From Corallococcus coralloides DSM 2259 (GTDB lineage Bacteria > Myxococcota > Myxococcia > Myxococcales > Myxococcaceae): a stretch of DNA of 64,000 bases. Made by a program: the position numbers and the translations under genes. The stretch lies in contig NC_017030.1 of assembly GCF_000255295.1 (NCBI RefSeq), positions 6,166,328 through 6,230,327 of the forward strand, written 5' to 3'. A model generated the notes under the pieces. That model saw only the letters and a program-made list of their open reading frames with translations. It was not told where the DNA came from and did no database searches. Below, in pieces: positions 33,690-43,645 of the stretch (positions are counted from its first letter, which is position 1; every line of letters begins with the position of its first letter).

Positions 33690-34460
33690 ATGGCCATGCG
33701 TCTCCGGGCCTGCGGCGCCCTTTTGCTTCTGTTCGTCTTCTCGGCCTGCGCCACGACGGAGCCACGCCCCAGGGCGTCAGCGGCCCGCGGCACGAGGGCT
33801 GCCAACCTCCAACGAGCGGCGGCGCTTCCCTGGAGGGATGAGGGGAGGTGCGTTGTCCGCGAGGCATCCCAGCCTTGGCCCGTGCTGGTGGAGCGGTGCT
33901 ATCCGGCACTCGACCATGACCGGGTCGAGTTCCGAGACACCACGGGAAGCTGCACGGTCGCCTCCGCTGCCGCCGCTACGCTTGGACTCGGGTTCTGCGT
34001 GCTGGCGGCCCCTGAAATCGCGGTGGGAGCCGTCATCGTCCTGGGCGTGGTGGTGGTCGGTGTCGCCATCAAGGAGGCACTGGATGCGTATGAGCTCCGC
34101 CACCTCTACCCCGAGGAAGCAGGGACTTCACGAGGGACGAAGGTTGCGTCCCGAGATGCCGGAGCGAAGCCGAAGCCCAAGCTGGATCCGGAGCCAGCGG
34201 GCCAGGGCCGGCAGCCCCCGGTGCCACCTGTGCCCGTGGACCGGACGGGCCGCGCCAGTTGCGAGCCTGTTCCCGTGCCTCACGCGGGCAAGGACGACAT
34301 ACACAATGAGTGTGCCGACAAGGTTCCGCCCAACCGTTATCCCGGAATGGACGTGCTCGTTGGCGGTGTACGCTTCGATGCGTTGCAAGTCGGCGTGCGA
34401 AAACTGTGGGAGATCAAGACCCACCAATTCGATTCATATAACGCATTTGTCCAGAATTAG
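33690..34460 (+). CDS. Lipoprotein/TM polymorphic-toxin-like protein with PD-(D/E)xK-like C-terminal domain, interrupted by in-frame TAG (reading frame continues to 34619)
   Basis: A lipobox is present, FVFSAC, and there is a TM helix, LGLGFCVLAAPEIAVGAVIVLGVVVVGVAI. The C-terminal ...GMDVLVGGVRFDALQ...KLWEIKTHQF is D...ExK-like. The TAG at 34458-34460 is followed in the same frame by 52 sense codons. That continuation ends in TGA, which overlaps the ATG of the next gene. Confidence 0.5.
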   Translation: MAMRLRACGALLLLFVFSACATTEPRPRASAARGTRAANLQRAAALPWRDEGRCVVREASQPWPVLVERCYPALDHDRVEFRDTTGSCTVASAAAATLGLGFCVLAAPEIAVGAVIVLGVVVVGVAIKEALDAYELRHLYPEEAGTSRGTKVASRDAGAKPKPKLDPEPAGQGRQPPVPPVPVDRTGRASCEPVPVPHAGKDDIHNECADKVPPNRYPGMDVLVGGVRFDALQVGVRKLWEIKTHQFDSYNAFVQN

Positions 34461-34615
34461 GAGATTGCGAAAGAAGTGATCCAACTGAAGAAGGAGCGAG
34501 CTGCCGCAGCGGCATGTGGATATGACTTCATCGTGGGGGTGAGCACCCAAGCGCATAAAGACGCGCTACGCGAAGAAGCTCCCGCGATCGATGTCGTTGT
34601 TACGGGGTGTGCACG

Positions 34616-35377
34616 ATGACCAGGCGGAGAGCCCTTACCCTTATCGTCTACGCGCCTGCGCTCATGGGTAACAACAGCCGCACAGTCGCCGTCGTCCATG
34701 GGATGGAGAAAGCGTTCCCCGGCCTACGCCTGGAGTGGAAACTAGATGAAGGCGGGCGACCCATTGCATTGCCACAGCGCGATGCATGGCTCTTGGCGAG
34801 CAACAAGGACGGTGGATTCCCAATCGTGTGCAACGGCGATGAACGTTACCCCGTGACGGTCTGGGGAATGGAAAGCTCAGGCATCCTCAGCCCAGGCGGT
34901 CAGGCCCAGCTTGAAGTCCACGCAAAACTGCCCTTGGACGAGCCTGTAATCGCGGCAGCGGCGACTCTGCTTGAGGCCGTGGCGGAGGGGGCACGTTCAT
35001 TCTGGGGGCACGCGTCGCCGTACGGCTACGGCTCGGAAGTCGCGCAGCAGTTTCGCCGATCACCGGACGGACCTGAGCGTTCACCCCGTGGGCTTCCCAT
35101 GCTCAACCTTCCAGAGAAGCTCCCAGCGCCTGAGATTCCCTGTTTCCTCGGGTGGGTGAACTATTGGTCCGCGGCTGCCGCGGAGGTCATCGGGTTCCCG
35201 GATCCTGCTCGTGATGCCGAGCTACTCTCGCGGGCACGTCGCACTCCGTCAGGCGGGTGGATCGTGCAGCTCACGGAGACTCCGCTCGATTACGACAACC
35301 CCGTGCACTTGGACGCGCTCAAGCGGGCCTACGAACGCTTTCCAGCAATCGGCGGACGCTCAACGCCTTTGCCCTGA
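34616..35377 (+). CDS. Putative immunity protein (function unknown) coupled to upstream toxin-like gene
   Basis: Its ATG overlaps the TGA of the extended upstream reading frame by ATGA. It is a 253-aa protein with no signal peptide. The 34300-34700 region has locally lower GC. Confidence 0.4.
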   Translation: MTRRRALTLIVYAPALMGNNSRTVAVVHGMEKAFPGLRLEWKLDEGGRPIALPQRDAWLLASNKDGGFPIVCNGDERYPVTVWGMESSGILSPGGQAQLEVHAKLPLDEPVIAAAATLLEAVAEGARSFWGHASPYGYGSEVAQQFRRSPDGPERSPRGLPMLNLPEKLPAPEIPCFLGWVNYWSAAAAEVIGFPDPARDAELLSRARRTPSGGWIVQLTETPLDYDNPVHLDALKRAYERFPAIGGRSTPLP

Positions 35378-35436
35378 AACAGGACAGCCGCCCGACACCT
35401 CTCTGGCGCGGGCGGCTGTTCCATCCAGTCTCCTGC

Positions 35437-36126
35437 TCAGCCCCGGGCGGCGCGGGCGTCACGGCCCTTGGCGCGGGCGGCCTTGGAGAGCAGGTCACTC
35501 CCCTTCTCCTCGCCCTTCATCCACGCCTTCAGCGCGGGCACCACCTGCTTGCTCCAGGCGCGTCCGGCGCGCACGACCAGGAAGTCCTGCACCAGCGCAT
35601 CCACGATGGCGGAGAGCTGCTCGGTCAGCTCCAGACGCTCGGAGAGCTGATCATCCTCTTCCTCCGTCATGAGCGCGGGCAGCTTGGCGGCGCGGATGTC
35701 CAGGAACTCGGAATCCAGCGTGACTTCGTATTCGCGCTCGCCATGCGAGATGCGCAGCCGCGCCTGGGACACCAGCAGGCCCCGGTCCAGCGAGTGGCGC
35801 ACGTTCTCCGAGTACGGCGCCAGCGTGCCCTTGGCGCTCATCTCCGTGACGTCGCCGGCCACGCCGCGCAGCACCACCTTGCCCAGATAGAGGACGACGA
35901 CGCCCGCGCCGTCGTACTCGACCAGGGGGTCGCCCGACTCCGAGCGCCACAACAGCCACGTCATGAACTCGCGGCCCAGGTAGGCCCGGCCGCGCAAGAG
36001 CTGTTCGCGCGCCTTGCCCTTTTCGACTTCGGCCTCGTCCTTCTCCTCTTCCGTGGCGACACCATCGACTCCGACATCGCCCCGGGCGAACGCCGCCTCT
36101 TCCCTCGCCTGCTCACGCCTCGCCAT
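35437..36126 (-). CDS. Hypothetical acidic protein
   Basis: The ORF is long with consistent codon usage. The start was chosen at MARREQ, and it overlaps the upstream gene by 14 bp. I did not recognise a domain with confidence. Confidence 0.4.
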   Translation of the reverse strand: MARREQAREEAAFARGDVGVDGVATEEEKDEAEVEKGKAREQLLRGRAYLGREFMTWLLWRSESGDPLVEYDGAGVVVLYLGKVVLRGVAGDVTEMSAKGTLAPYSENVRHSLDRGLLVSQARLRISHGEREYEVTLDSEFLDIRAAKLPALMTEEEDDQLSERLELTEQLSAIVDALVQDFLVVRAGRAWSKQVVPALKAWMKGEEKGSDLLSKAARAKGRDARAARG

Positions 36127-36763
36127 GGGCGTCCTCCACCGAAGCCGTCGCCGGCAGGTCCATGCCAATGAGCTCCGCCGTGGGGCCCAGGGCCTTCTCG
36201 TCGATGCCCGCGCGCTGCGCCATGGACGCGGGCGTGATGCCAATCACCTTCACCGCGAGGGCGCCTTCCAGCGCCACGCAGATTTCATCCACTGTCTTGC
36301 GCGACGCGGCCCAGACCTGCACCGTGTGCGTCTTCAGGTTCCACGTCACGTCCAGCGTGCTGGTGCGCGGCACGGCGCGCTGACGCAACAGCTGCTTGAG
36401 CTCCGCGCGCTGCTTGTTCTTCTCCGCGCGCGCGGGCGGCCGGCCGTTCTCCTTGCCGAAGGCGGCGGCCCACTTGTCCAGCTCCGACTTCATCATCGAC
36501 GCGGGCACCTTCAGCGTGTCGATGCGGAACGCGAACAGGGCGTACTCGCCATAGAAGAGGTTGCCGGTGGCGAACTCGGAGGACTCCGGGTTCTCCAACT
36601 CGACAAACCCCGCGGCGCGCTCCTCCTCGGAGCGGCGGTCGATGGGCTCGAACGCATGGGACTTGAGTCCCTTGGTCATCCAGCGCTTGACGTCGGACGG
36701 CGCATCCTTGGCCGGCTCGGTCCGGAAGCGCGAAAAGGTCACGGCACCACGTAGGACAGGCAT
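36113..36763 (-). CDS. Hypothetical protein (only the 3' 651 nt of the long track ORF judged real)
   Basis: The C-terminal 216 aa, from MPVLRGAVTFSRFR, read as well-formed protein sequence. The upstream part of the ORF is antisense to the S13 peptidase gene and looks like a shadow frame. Confidence 0.4.
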   Translation of the reverse strand: MPVLRGAVTFSRFRTEPAKDAPSDVKRWMTKGLKSHAFEPIDRRSEEERAAGFVELENPESSEFATGNLFYGEYALFAFRIDTLKVPASMMKSELDKWAAAFGKENGRPPARAEKNKQRAELKQLLRQRAVPRTSTLDVTWNLKTHTVQVWAASRKTVDEICVALEGALAVKVIGITPASMAQRAGIDEKALGPTAELIGMDLPATASVEDAHGEA

Positions 36764-36953
36764 GGGGCGCGGCAGGATGGGGGTCCTGTGACGCCGCGTC
36801 AAGGCACTCGGTGTGGCTGGACGTGAAGCGCCGGGAATAGCCCGCGCCAGAGATCGTTTGCCCGGGCGCCGTCCAACCGTGCACGTCTCCGCCCCACCCC
36901 GCTGGCGGGAATCCATGACACTCCCAGGCACGCGACATACGGTGGCCGCCGCC

Positions 36954-38441
36954 ATGCGCCGCGCCCTCCTTTCCGCCAGCGTCGTTGCCCTCTTCCTGTC
37001 CGCCTGCACCCACACGGCCGCCACGCCGGACGGCGCCCCGCGCGACACCCTGCCCGGAGTCACCAGGGCCCTGCTGGAGACCCTGGAGGCGGACGGCGCG
37101 CTCGCGGGCGCGTACGTGGTGGACGCGCGCACCGGCGAGCCCCTCTTCACCCACCGCGAGAACGTGCGGCTGTTGCCCGCGTCCACCATGAAGGTGGTGT
37201 CCACGTCCGCCGTGCTGTCCGCGCTGGGAGCGGACTTCCGCTTCACCACCCCGGTCTTCCTGGAGGGCTCGCAGGCGGGAGGCCTGTTCCTGGGCGACGT
37301 GGTGGCGCAGGCGTCCGGGGACCCATCGCTGGGCTCGTGGCGCTTCCCGGAGACGGCGCTCGCGTGCGACCGCATCGCGGAGGCCTTCCAGGCGCGCGGC
37401 ATCCACCAGTGGCGCGGCAACGTGCGCATCTCCGGCACGGATGGCCTGGACGGCGGCATGGGCCCGGGCTGGGCCTGGGATGACGCGGCCTATGCCTACA
37501 GCGCGGCGCCCACGCCCTTCGTCTTCCGAGAGAACGTGGTGGACCTGGCGCTGGCGCGCGCCCCCGGCGCCACCTGCGCGGACGCGCCCTCCGTCCAGTG
37601 GACCCCCACCTTCGCCACGCTGTCCGCGGTGGTGAACGTGGACGTCAACGCGGAGCGCGCGAACCTGGCCTGCGTGCGCGGAGGCGGCGGAGTGCGCTGC
37701 ACGTGGCGCTCGCCCACGGGCGGTCCGTGCCCCCAGGCCGCCGCGGTGAAGCTTTCCGTGGACGCACCGGAAGCCCTCTTCGCCGCGTGCGTGGACGACG
37801 CGCTGGCGCGGCATGGCATCACACGGCTGCCGCTGTCCCTGGAGGCCCCCACCCCGCCCATGCCCCCCATGCCGTCCCCGCTGGTGGAGCTGACCAGCCC
37901 GCCCCTGTCGGAGCTGGTGCGCGTGACGAACAAGGAGAGCCTCAACCTGTACGCGGAGCGGCTGGGCATGCGCTTTGCCCGCGAGCGCACCGGCAACGAA
38001 GGCTACGCCGCGCTGCGCACGGCCCTGGTGGCGGAGCTGGCGCGCCGGGGCGTGCCCACCAAGGACCTGCGTCCCGTGGATGGCAGCGGCCTGTCCCGAT
38101 ACAACCTGGCGTCGCCCCGGGGCATGGCGCGCGTGCTGCTCACCAGCCTCCAGGAGCCGTATGGCGCCGCGCTGGTGGACAGCCTGCCGGTGCTGGGCGT
38201 GGACGGGACGCTGGCGGGGCGCAAGACGAAGCCGTCCACCGCGGGCCGCATCCGCGCGAAGACGGGCACGCTCACGGGACAGAAGTGCTTCGTGGGCGTG
38301 GCGGAGCGGCCGAACGACACGGAGCACCCGCGCGTCGTCTTCGCGCTGATGCTCGGCAACATGGACGAGGGCACGAAGCCCAACGCCAACGAGACCTTCG
38401 ACACCTTCTCCACCGCCCTGGTGGAGCTGCCCCTGCGATGA
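36954..38441 (+). CDS. dacB: D-alanyl-D-alanine carboxypeptidase/endopeptidase (PBP4, peptidase S13)
   Basis: A lipoprotein signal is present, ALFLSAC. The STMK active-site motif appears in PASTMKVVSTSAVL. Other S13 matches are DGSGLSRYN and KTGTLTG. Confidence 0.8.
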   Translation: MRRALLSASVVALFLSACTHTAATPDGAPRDTLPGVTRALLETLEADGALAGAYVVDARTGEPLFTHRENVRLLPASTMKVVSTSAVLSALGADFRFTTPVFLEGSQAGGLFLGDVVAQASGDPSLGSWRFPETALACDRIAEAFQARGIHQWRGNVRISGTDGLDGGMGPGWAWDDAAYAYSAAPTPFVFRENVVDLALARAPGATCADAPSVQWTPTFATLSAVVNVDVNAERANLACVRGGGGVRCTWRSPTGGPCPQAAAVKLSVDAPEALFAACVDDALARHGITRLPLSLEAPTPPMPPMPSPLVELTSPPLSELVRVTNKESLNLYAERLGMRFARERTGNEGYAALRTALVAELARRGVPTKDLRPVDGSGLSRYNLASPRGMARVLLTSLQEPYGAALVDSLPVLGVDGTLAGRKTKPSTAGRIRAKTGTLTGQKCFVGVAERPNDTEHPRVVFALMLGNMDEGTKPNANETFDTFSTALVELPLR

Positions 38442-38478
38442 GCATCCCGCAGGGAAACACCCGCATGCGAGGTGAACC

Positions 38479-40659
38479 ATGAAGTCCAGAATCGCAATGA
38501 CGACCGCGGCGCTGCTGTTGCCGCTCGTGTCCGGAGCCGCGGGGAAGGCGCCCGCGAAGCCCGCCGCCGCGGAGAAGCAGCCCGTGGAGACGACCTACCA
38601 CGGCACCGCCGTGGCGGACCCGTACCAGTGGATGGAGTCCGCGACGGATCCGAAGGTGCAGCAGTGGACCGACTCGCAGAACGCCTACACGCGCACGTAC
38701 CTGGACAAGCTGCCGGGCCGCGAGCCCCTGCGCCAGCGCATCACGGAGCTGCTGTCCTGGAAGTCGCCCTCCTACGGCGGCCTGGACGAACGGGGCGGCA
38801 CGCTGCTGGGGCTGAAGTTCCAGCCGCCCAAGCAGCAGCCCACGCTCATCGTGGTGGGCTCGCTGGACGACACGTCGAAGGAGCGCGTGCTGGTGGACCC
38901 CACGGTCGTGGACACGTCCGGCAAGACGACCATCGACTGGTTCCAGCTGTCGCACGACGGCAAGAAGGTCGCTGTCTCCATGTCCAAGGGCGGCACGGAG
39001 AGCGGTGACGTCAGCGTGTGGGACGTGGCCTCGGCGAAGGCGATGCCCAACGAGCTGGTCCCCCGCGTCAACGGCGGCACGGCGGGCGGCAGCCTCGCGT
39101 GGAACGCGAAGGGCACGGGCTTCTTCTACACGCGCTACCCGCGCGGCGAGGAGCGCCCGCCCGTGGACCGCGAGGTGTACCAGCAGGTGTACTTCCACAC
39201 GCTGGGCACGCCCACGGAGAAGGACACGTACGCGCTGGGCAAGGACTTCCCGCGCATCGCGATGACGGACCTGGAGTCCAGCGACGACGGCCAGTACACC
39301 TTCGCGCGCGTGGCCAACGGCGACGGCGGCGAGTTCGACCTGTACCTGCACGGCCCCAAGGGCACCTGGACGCAGGTGGCGAAGTACGCGGACAAGGTGG
39401 TGTCGGCGCGCTTCGGCAGCGACGGCGCGGCGTACCTGCTCAGTCGCAAGGATGCGTCGAAGGGCAAGGTGCTGCGCCTGCCGCTGGCCACGCCCACGCT
39501 GGACAAGGCGACCGTGGTCGTCCCCGAGGGCAAGGCGACGGTGCAGGCCGTGGTGCCCACGAAGAGCCGCCTGTACCTGCTGGAGCAGTTGGGCGGCCCG
39601 TCGCAGCTGCGCATGGTGGACCTGACGGGCAAGGAACTGGGGCTGGTGCCCACGCTGCCGGTGTCGGCGGTGGGCGGCCTGGTCCGCCAGGGCGCGGACG
39701 ACCTGCTGGTCGTCAACGGGAGCTTCACCCAGCCGGCCGCGTGGTTCCGCTACTCGGCGGCGGACAACAAGCTCACGAAGACGGCGCTGGCGCGCACGGC
39801 GCCCATCGACATGAGCGACGTGGAGGTGGTGCGCACGGAGGCCACGTCCAAGGACGGCACCAAGGTGCCGCTCACCATCCTGAAGAAGAAGGGCACGAAG
39901 CTGAACGGGAACAACCCCACGTGGCTCACCGGCTACGGCGGCTTCAACGTGTCCATCAACCCGGGCTACAGCGCGCTGACGGGCATGTGGCTGGAGCAGG
40001 GCGGCGTGTTCGCGGTGGCGAACCTGCGCGGCGGCTCGGAGTTCGGCGAGGAATGGCACAAGGGCGGCTCGCTCACGAACAAGCAGAACGTGTTCGACGA
40101 CTTCTACGCGTGCGCGAAGCTGCTCACGGACCAGAAGTACACGCAGCCGAAGAAGCTGGCCATCCAGGGCGGCAGCAACGGCGGACTGCTGATGGGCGCG
40201 GCGCTGACGCAGCACCCGGAGCAGTACGGCGCGGTGGTGGCGCGCGTGGGCATCTACGACATGCTGCGCACGGAGCTGACCCCCAACGGCCAGTTCAACG
40301 TGACCGAGTACGGCTCGGTGAAGGACCCGGAGCAGTTCAAGGCGCTGTATGCCTATTCGCCGGTGCACCGCGTGAAGGACGGGACGAAGTACCCGTCGGT
40401 GCTCTTCACCTCTGGCGCCAATGACCCGCGCGTGGATCCGTTCCACTCGCGCAAGATGGTGGCCCGGATGCAGGCGGCCACGGCGTCCCCCAAGCCCATC
40501 CTGCTGCGCGCCAACGCGGAGACAGGCCACGGCATGGGCACGCCGCTGTCCGCGCGCATCGAGGAGGAGGTGGACGTCTACTCCTTCGTCTTCAACGAGC
40601 TGGGCATGACGTACAAGCCCAACGCGACGAAGAAGGTCTCCGCGCCCGCGCCGCAGTAG
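38479..40659 (+). CDS. Prolyl oligopeptidase (S9A family)
   Basis: A signal peptide is present. The N-terminal beta-propeller region matches YHGTAVADPYQWME. The catalytic domain matches GGSNGGLLMGAAL (Ser nucleophile) and PSVLFTSGANDPRV...HGMG. Confidence 0.85.
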   Translation: MKSRIAMTTAALLLPLVSGAAGKAPAKPAAAEKQPVETTYHGTAVADPYQWMESATDPKVQQWTDSQNAYTRTYLDKLPGREPLRQRITELLSWKSPSYGGLDERGGTLLGLKFQPPKQQPTLIVVGSLDDTSKERVLVDPTVVDTSGKTTIDWFQLSHDGKKVAVSMSKGGTESGDVSVWDVASAKAMPNELVPRVNGGTAGGSLAWNAKGTGFFYTRYPRGEERPPVDREVYQQVYFHTLGTPTEKDTYALGKDFPRIAMTDLESSDDGQYTFARVANGDGGEFDLYLHGPKGTWTQVAKYADKVVSARFGSDGAAYLLSRKDASKGKVLRLPLATPTLDKATVVVPEGKATVQAVVPTKSRLYLLEQLGGPSQLRMVDLTGKELGLVPTLPVSAVGGLVRQGADDLLVVNGSFTQPAAWFRYSAADNKLTKTALARTAPIDMSDVEVVRTEATSKDGTKVPLTILKKKGTKLNGNNPTWLTGYGGFNVSINPGYSALTGMWLEQGGVFAVANLRGGSEFGEEWHKGGSLTNKQNVFDDFYACAKLLTDQKYTQPKKLAIQGGSNGGLLMGAALTQHPEQYGAVVARVGIYDMLRTELTPNGQFNVTEYGSVKDPEQFKALYAYSPVHRVKDGTKYPSVLFTSGANDPRVDPFHSRKMVARMQAATASPKPILLRANAETGHGMGTPLSARIEEEVDVYSFVFNELGMTYKPNATKKVSAPAPQ

Positions 40660-40749
40660 CCGGGCTTCTCCCTGCGCCCGTTTCCCAAGCATCAGGTGCT
40701 TGGGAGACGGGCGTTTCTTCTTCCGGATTTCGTGGCAGCCTGCCGCCCC

Positions 40750-41172
40750 ATGAGCCCGCTCATCCCCTACTTCATCCTTTCGCCCATCGTCGCGGGCGGC
40801 CTGGCCTGGTGGACGCTCACCCGTCTTGGAAAGAAGCGGAACGCACGCGCGAAGGGTTCGCTGGACGCGGTGGTGGCGAAGCTGCGGGGGCAGAAGGTGA
40901 TGGGCGCGGTGGACCTCGTCGTCCAGGACGTGTCCTGGTCCGGGGAGACGGAGCTGTCGCCGCAGAACTGCCGCATCCGCGTGGTGATGGGCGGCCAGGA
41001 TGCCGCGGCCATTCCCCCGCGCTTCGAGGTGGAGAGCGCACCGGGGGCACCCCGCCCGCCCGCGGACGTGCTCGCGGCGCTGCGCGTGCTGGATGCGCAG
41101 GCGACGGAGGCCTTGAAGGGCGGCGGCTGGAGCTGGCAGCGGCCCACGGTGAGCTTCGAGCCGGCGGCGTAG
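40750..41172 (+). CDS. Hypothetical membrane protein
   Basis: An N-terminal TM helix is present, LIPYFILSPIVAGGLAWWTL. I did not recognise a domain. Confidence 0.4.
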   Translation: MSPLIPYFILSPIVAGGLAWWTLTRLGKKRNARAKGSLDAVVAKLRGQKVMGAVDLVVQDVSWSGETELSPQNCRIRVVMGGQDAAAIPPRFEVESAPGAPRPPADVLAALRVLDAQATEALKGGGWSWQRPTVSFEPAA

Positions 41173-41228
41173 TCCCGCGAACGCAAGGCCAGGGATTCGG
41201 GTGACGGATCGAGGAGCGCGGTGCCACC

Positions 41229-42323
41229 ATGCGCCGCATGTCCTCGACCTTCCTCGACTCGCTCGACACGCCCGCTCCGCTCGTGGACCTGGACCGCGTG
41301 GAGCGGAACCTCCAGCGCGTCGCGACCTATGCCCGCGAGCATGGCCTGCGCTGGCGCCCCCATACGAAGACGCACAAGACGGCGGAGCTGGGCGCGATGC
41401 AGGTCGCTGCGGGAGCCTCTGGCGTCACGGTGGCCACCCTCCTGGAAGCCGAGGTCATGGCGGCCGTGTCCGACGACGTGCTGCTCGCATATCCGCCGGT
41501 GGGTGCGCGCAAGCTGGCCCGGCTGATGGCCCTGCCCTCGCGCGTGCGGCTCACCGTGGCGCTCGACTCCCTTGAGGTGCTGGAGGGGCTGGCGCGCGCG
41601 GCGCGGGATGCCGGGCGCACCGTGGGCGTGCTCGTGGAGGTGGACCTGGGCATGCGCCGCGTGGGACTGCGCTCGCCGGATGACGCCGTGGCCCTGGCGC
41701 GCTCGGCGGCTTCCACGTCCGGCGTGGAGTTTCGCGGACTGACGTTCTACGCGGGCCACATCCGCGTCCCCCAGGCGGAGCTGCCCGGCGTGATGCAGGC
41801 CCAGTCAGAAGCGGTCGCGACGTTCGTGGACGCCCTGCAGAGCGCGGGCCTGCCGCCGGAGGTAATCAGCGGCGGATCCACGCCGACGCTCTGGCAGTCC
41901 CATGCCGTCAAGGGTCTCACGGAGATCCGCCCCGGCCTCAACGTGCTCAACGACCGCAACGCCGCCGTCATTGGCGCCTGTGATTGGACGGAGTGCGCAT
42001 ACTCCGTGCTGGCCACGGTGGTGAGCACCGCGGTGCCAGGACAGGTGGTCATCGACGCGGGGGCCAAGGCGCTGGTCAAGGAGGAAGGGCTGGCGCCGGG
42101 CTATGGCGTCCTGCTGGACCGGCCGGAGGTCGTGGTGAAGAACCTGTCGGAGGAGCACGGCCTGCTGGACGTGTCCGGCACGACGTGGCGCCCGCGCATC
42201 GGCGAGCGGGTGCGCGTGGTGCCCAACCATGTCTGTGTTTCCGTTCCGCAGCATCCGCGACTGCACGTCGTGCGGGGTGACGTGAGTATGGCGACGTGGG
42301 AGGTCGCCGCTCGCGGCTGGTGA
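41229..42323 (+). CDS. PLP-dependent alanine-racemase-fold enzyme, D-serine deaminase/D-threonine aldolase-like
   Basis: PLP-lysine context is present, WRPHTKTHKTAELG. The architecture and length match the DSD1/D-TA family. Confidence 0.7.
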   Translation: MRRMSSTFLDSLDTPAPLVDLDRVERNLQRVATYAREHGLRWRPHTKTHKTAELGAMQVAAGASGVTVATLLEAEVMAAVSDDVLLAYPPVGARKLARLMALPSRVRLTVALDSLEVLEGLARAARDAGRTVGVLVEVDLGMRRVGLRSPDDAVALARSAASTSGVEFRGLTFYAGHIRVPQAELPGVMQAQSEAVATFVDALQSAGLPPEVISGGSTPTLWQSHAVKGLTEIRPGLNVLNDRNAAVIGACDWTECAYSVLATVVSTAVPGQVVIDAGAKALVKEEGLAPGYGVLLDRPEVVVKNLSEEHGLLDVSGTTWRPRIGERVRVVPNHVCVSVPQHPRLHVVRGDVSMATWEVAARGW

Positions 42324-42461
42324 CAGACACTCCTCGCCCCGCCGTGCCCCCTGGCCGTCAGCTTCTGGCTGCTCTGCTGCCACTGACAGGCAGCAACCCG
42401 GTCGCCCTCCCTTGTCTAGCATTGCGCCAATCGCCGGAAGGACTTCCGGCTGGGAGGCGGC

Positions 42462-43631
42462 ATGCACAAGGCAAAGGGCTTCTTCTTCACACTGGCCATC
42501 GCGGGACTGTCCCTGGGAGCACCCGCGGCGCTCGCTGAGAACAGGGAGTTGCTCGACGCGCGGCTCCAGCAAGCAAAGCCTGTCGAATGCGACGTCCAAT
42601 GCGGTGACGTCATCACCCAGCACACGAAGCTCAAGCATGACCTCTCCTGCCCGGGGACAGACGAGCCCGCGCTCCGCATCGAGGGGGAGGGCATCGTCCT
42701 GGACCTGGGCGGCCACACCGTCAGCCGCTCGAGCCCGGACCAGCGAGACACACTTGGCATCGTGGTCAGTACCAACAGCATGGTGCGCAACGGCACGATT
42801 CGCGGCTTCGGGATCGCTGTGGAGACCGTCGGCGCAGCCTATCTGCGGCTGCATGAACTCACGTTCGTGGACAACGGCGCCGCGGTCTACAACTTCCTTG
42901 GCAACTTCTTCCTCGTCACCCACTCCCGCTTCATTGGCAACAGCCTCGGGTTTGGAAGTGAAATCGACCAGGCCACGGGGACATTCGACGTGAGGTCGAG
43001 CCATTTCGAGAACAATGTCCTCGTGGTCTTCCTGGATGGCCACTCGGCCGACATCCTCGATTCGACCTTCGTGGCGAACGGGCTCGGCGTCTACTGCTTC
43101 GCCGGCGGTGCTCGCATCCGGTCGAGCACCTTCGCGAGGAACGAGGCCGTGGCCACCACGTCTCCGCTCATCGGGGGCCGTGACATCTGCGGCGCGCTCC
43201 GCTTCGAAGATTCACTCATCGCGGACAACGCGTCGTTCGCACCCGCGACGACACCTGTCTGGAATCTGATCCAGTTCGACATGATCAACAACCTGGTCGT
43301 GGGCAATGACAATGGCCTCGCGGCCACCGCGCGCACGGTCTATATCCAGGGCAACACCTTCTGGAACAACGCGGGCAGCGGGCTGACCCTGGGCAACTCC
43401 CCCCTCCAGTCCCTTCCGCTCACCGGCATCGTTCGCGCCAACCAGTTCCTGAGGAACGACGGTGATGGCCTGCGCGTCCTGCCGCTCAGCACTCCCACGG
43501 TGATTGGCAACCTGGCCCTGGACAACACGGGCTGGGGCATCCACGCGGTGGACGCCTTCGATGGGGGCGGCAACGTCGCGCGGAACAACGGCGCGGGCGA
43601 CTGCGAGGGCATCGTCTGCGCCCCGTACTGA
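42462..43631 (+). CDS. Secreted right-handed parallel beta-helix repeat protein
   Basis: A signal peptide is present. Many repeats fit the V(x)NGTIxGxGxGIxV and NNxxxGxxxG pattern. Confidence 0.65.
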   Translation: MHKAKGFFFTLAIAGLSLGAPAALAENRELLDARLQQAKPVECDVQCGDVITQHTKLKHDLSCPGTDEPALRIEGEGIVLDLGGHTVSRSSPDQRDTLGIVVSTNSMVRNGTIRGFGIAVETVGAAYLRLHELTFVDNGAAVYNFLGNFFLVTHSRFIGNSLGFGSEIDQATGTFDVRSSHFENNVLVVFLDGHSADILDSTFVANGLGVYCFAGGARIRSSTFARNEAVATTSPLIGGRDICGALRFEDSLIADNASFAPATTPVWNLIQFDMINNLVVGNDNGLAATARTVYIQGNTFWNNAGSGLTLGNSPLQSLPLTGIVRANQFLRNDGDGLRVLPLSTPTVIGNLALDNTGWGIHAVDAFDGGGNVARNNGAGDCEGIVCAPY

Positions 43632-43645
43632 CCCTGGCGCCCATC

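Noticed and set aside
35437-36763. RdgC (recombination-associated protein) identity for the two hypothetical genes
   Set aside because: They have a vaguely similar composition and acidic C-terminus. But their combined length of about 445 aa exceeds RdgC at about 300 aa, and I could not align any signature motif. I left them as hypothetical.
36285-40692. 731-aa and 806-aa minus-strand ORFs overlapping dacB and the prolyl oligopeptidase gene
   Set aside because: They are antisense shadow frames. The sense genes contain STMK, KTG and GGSNGG catalytic motifs.
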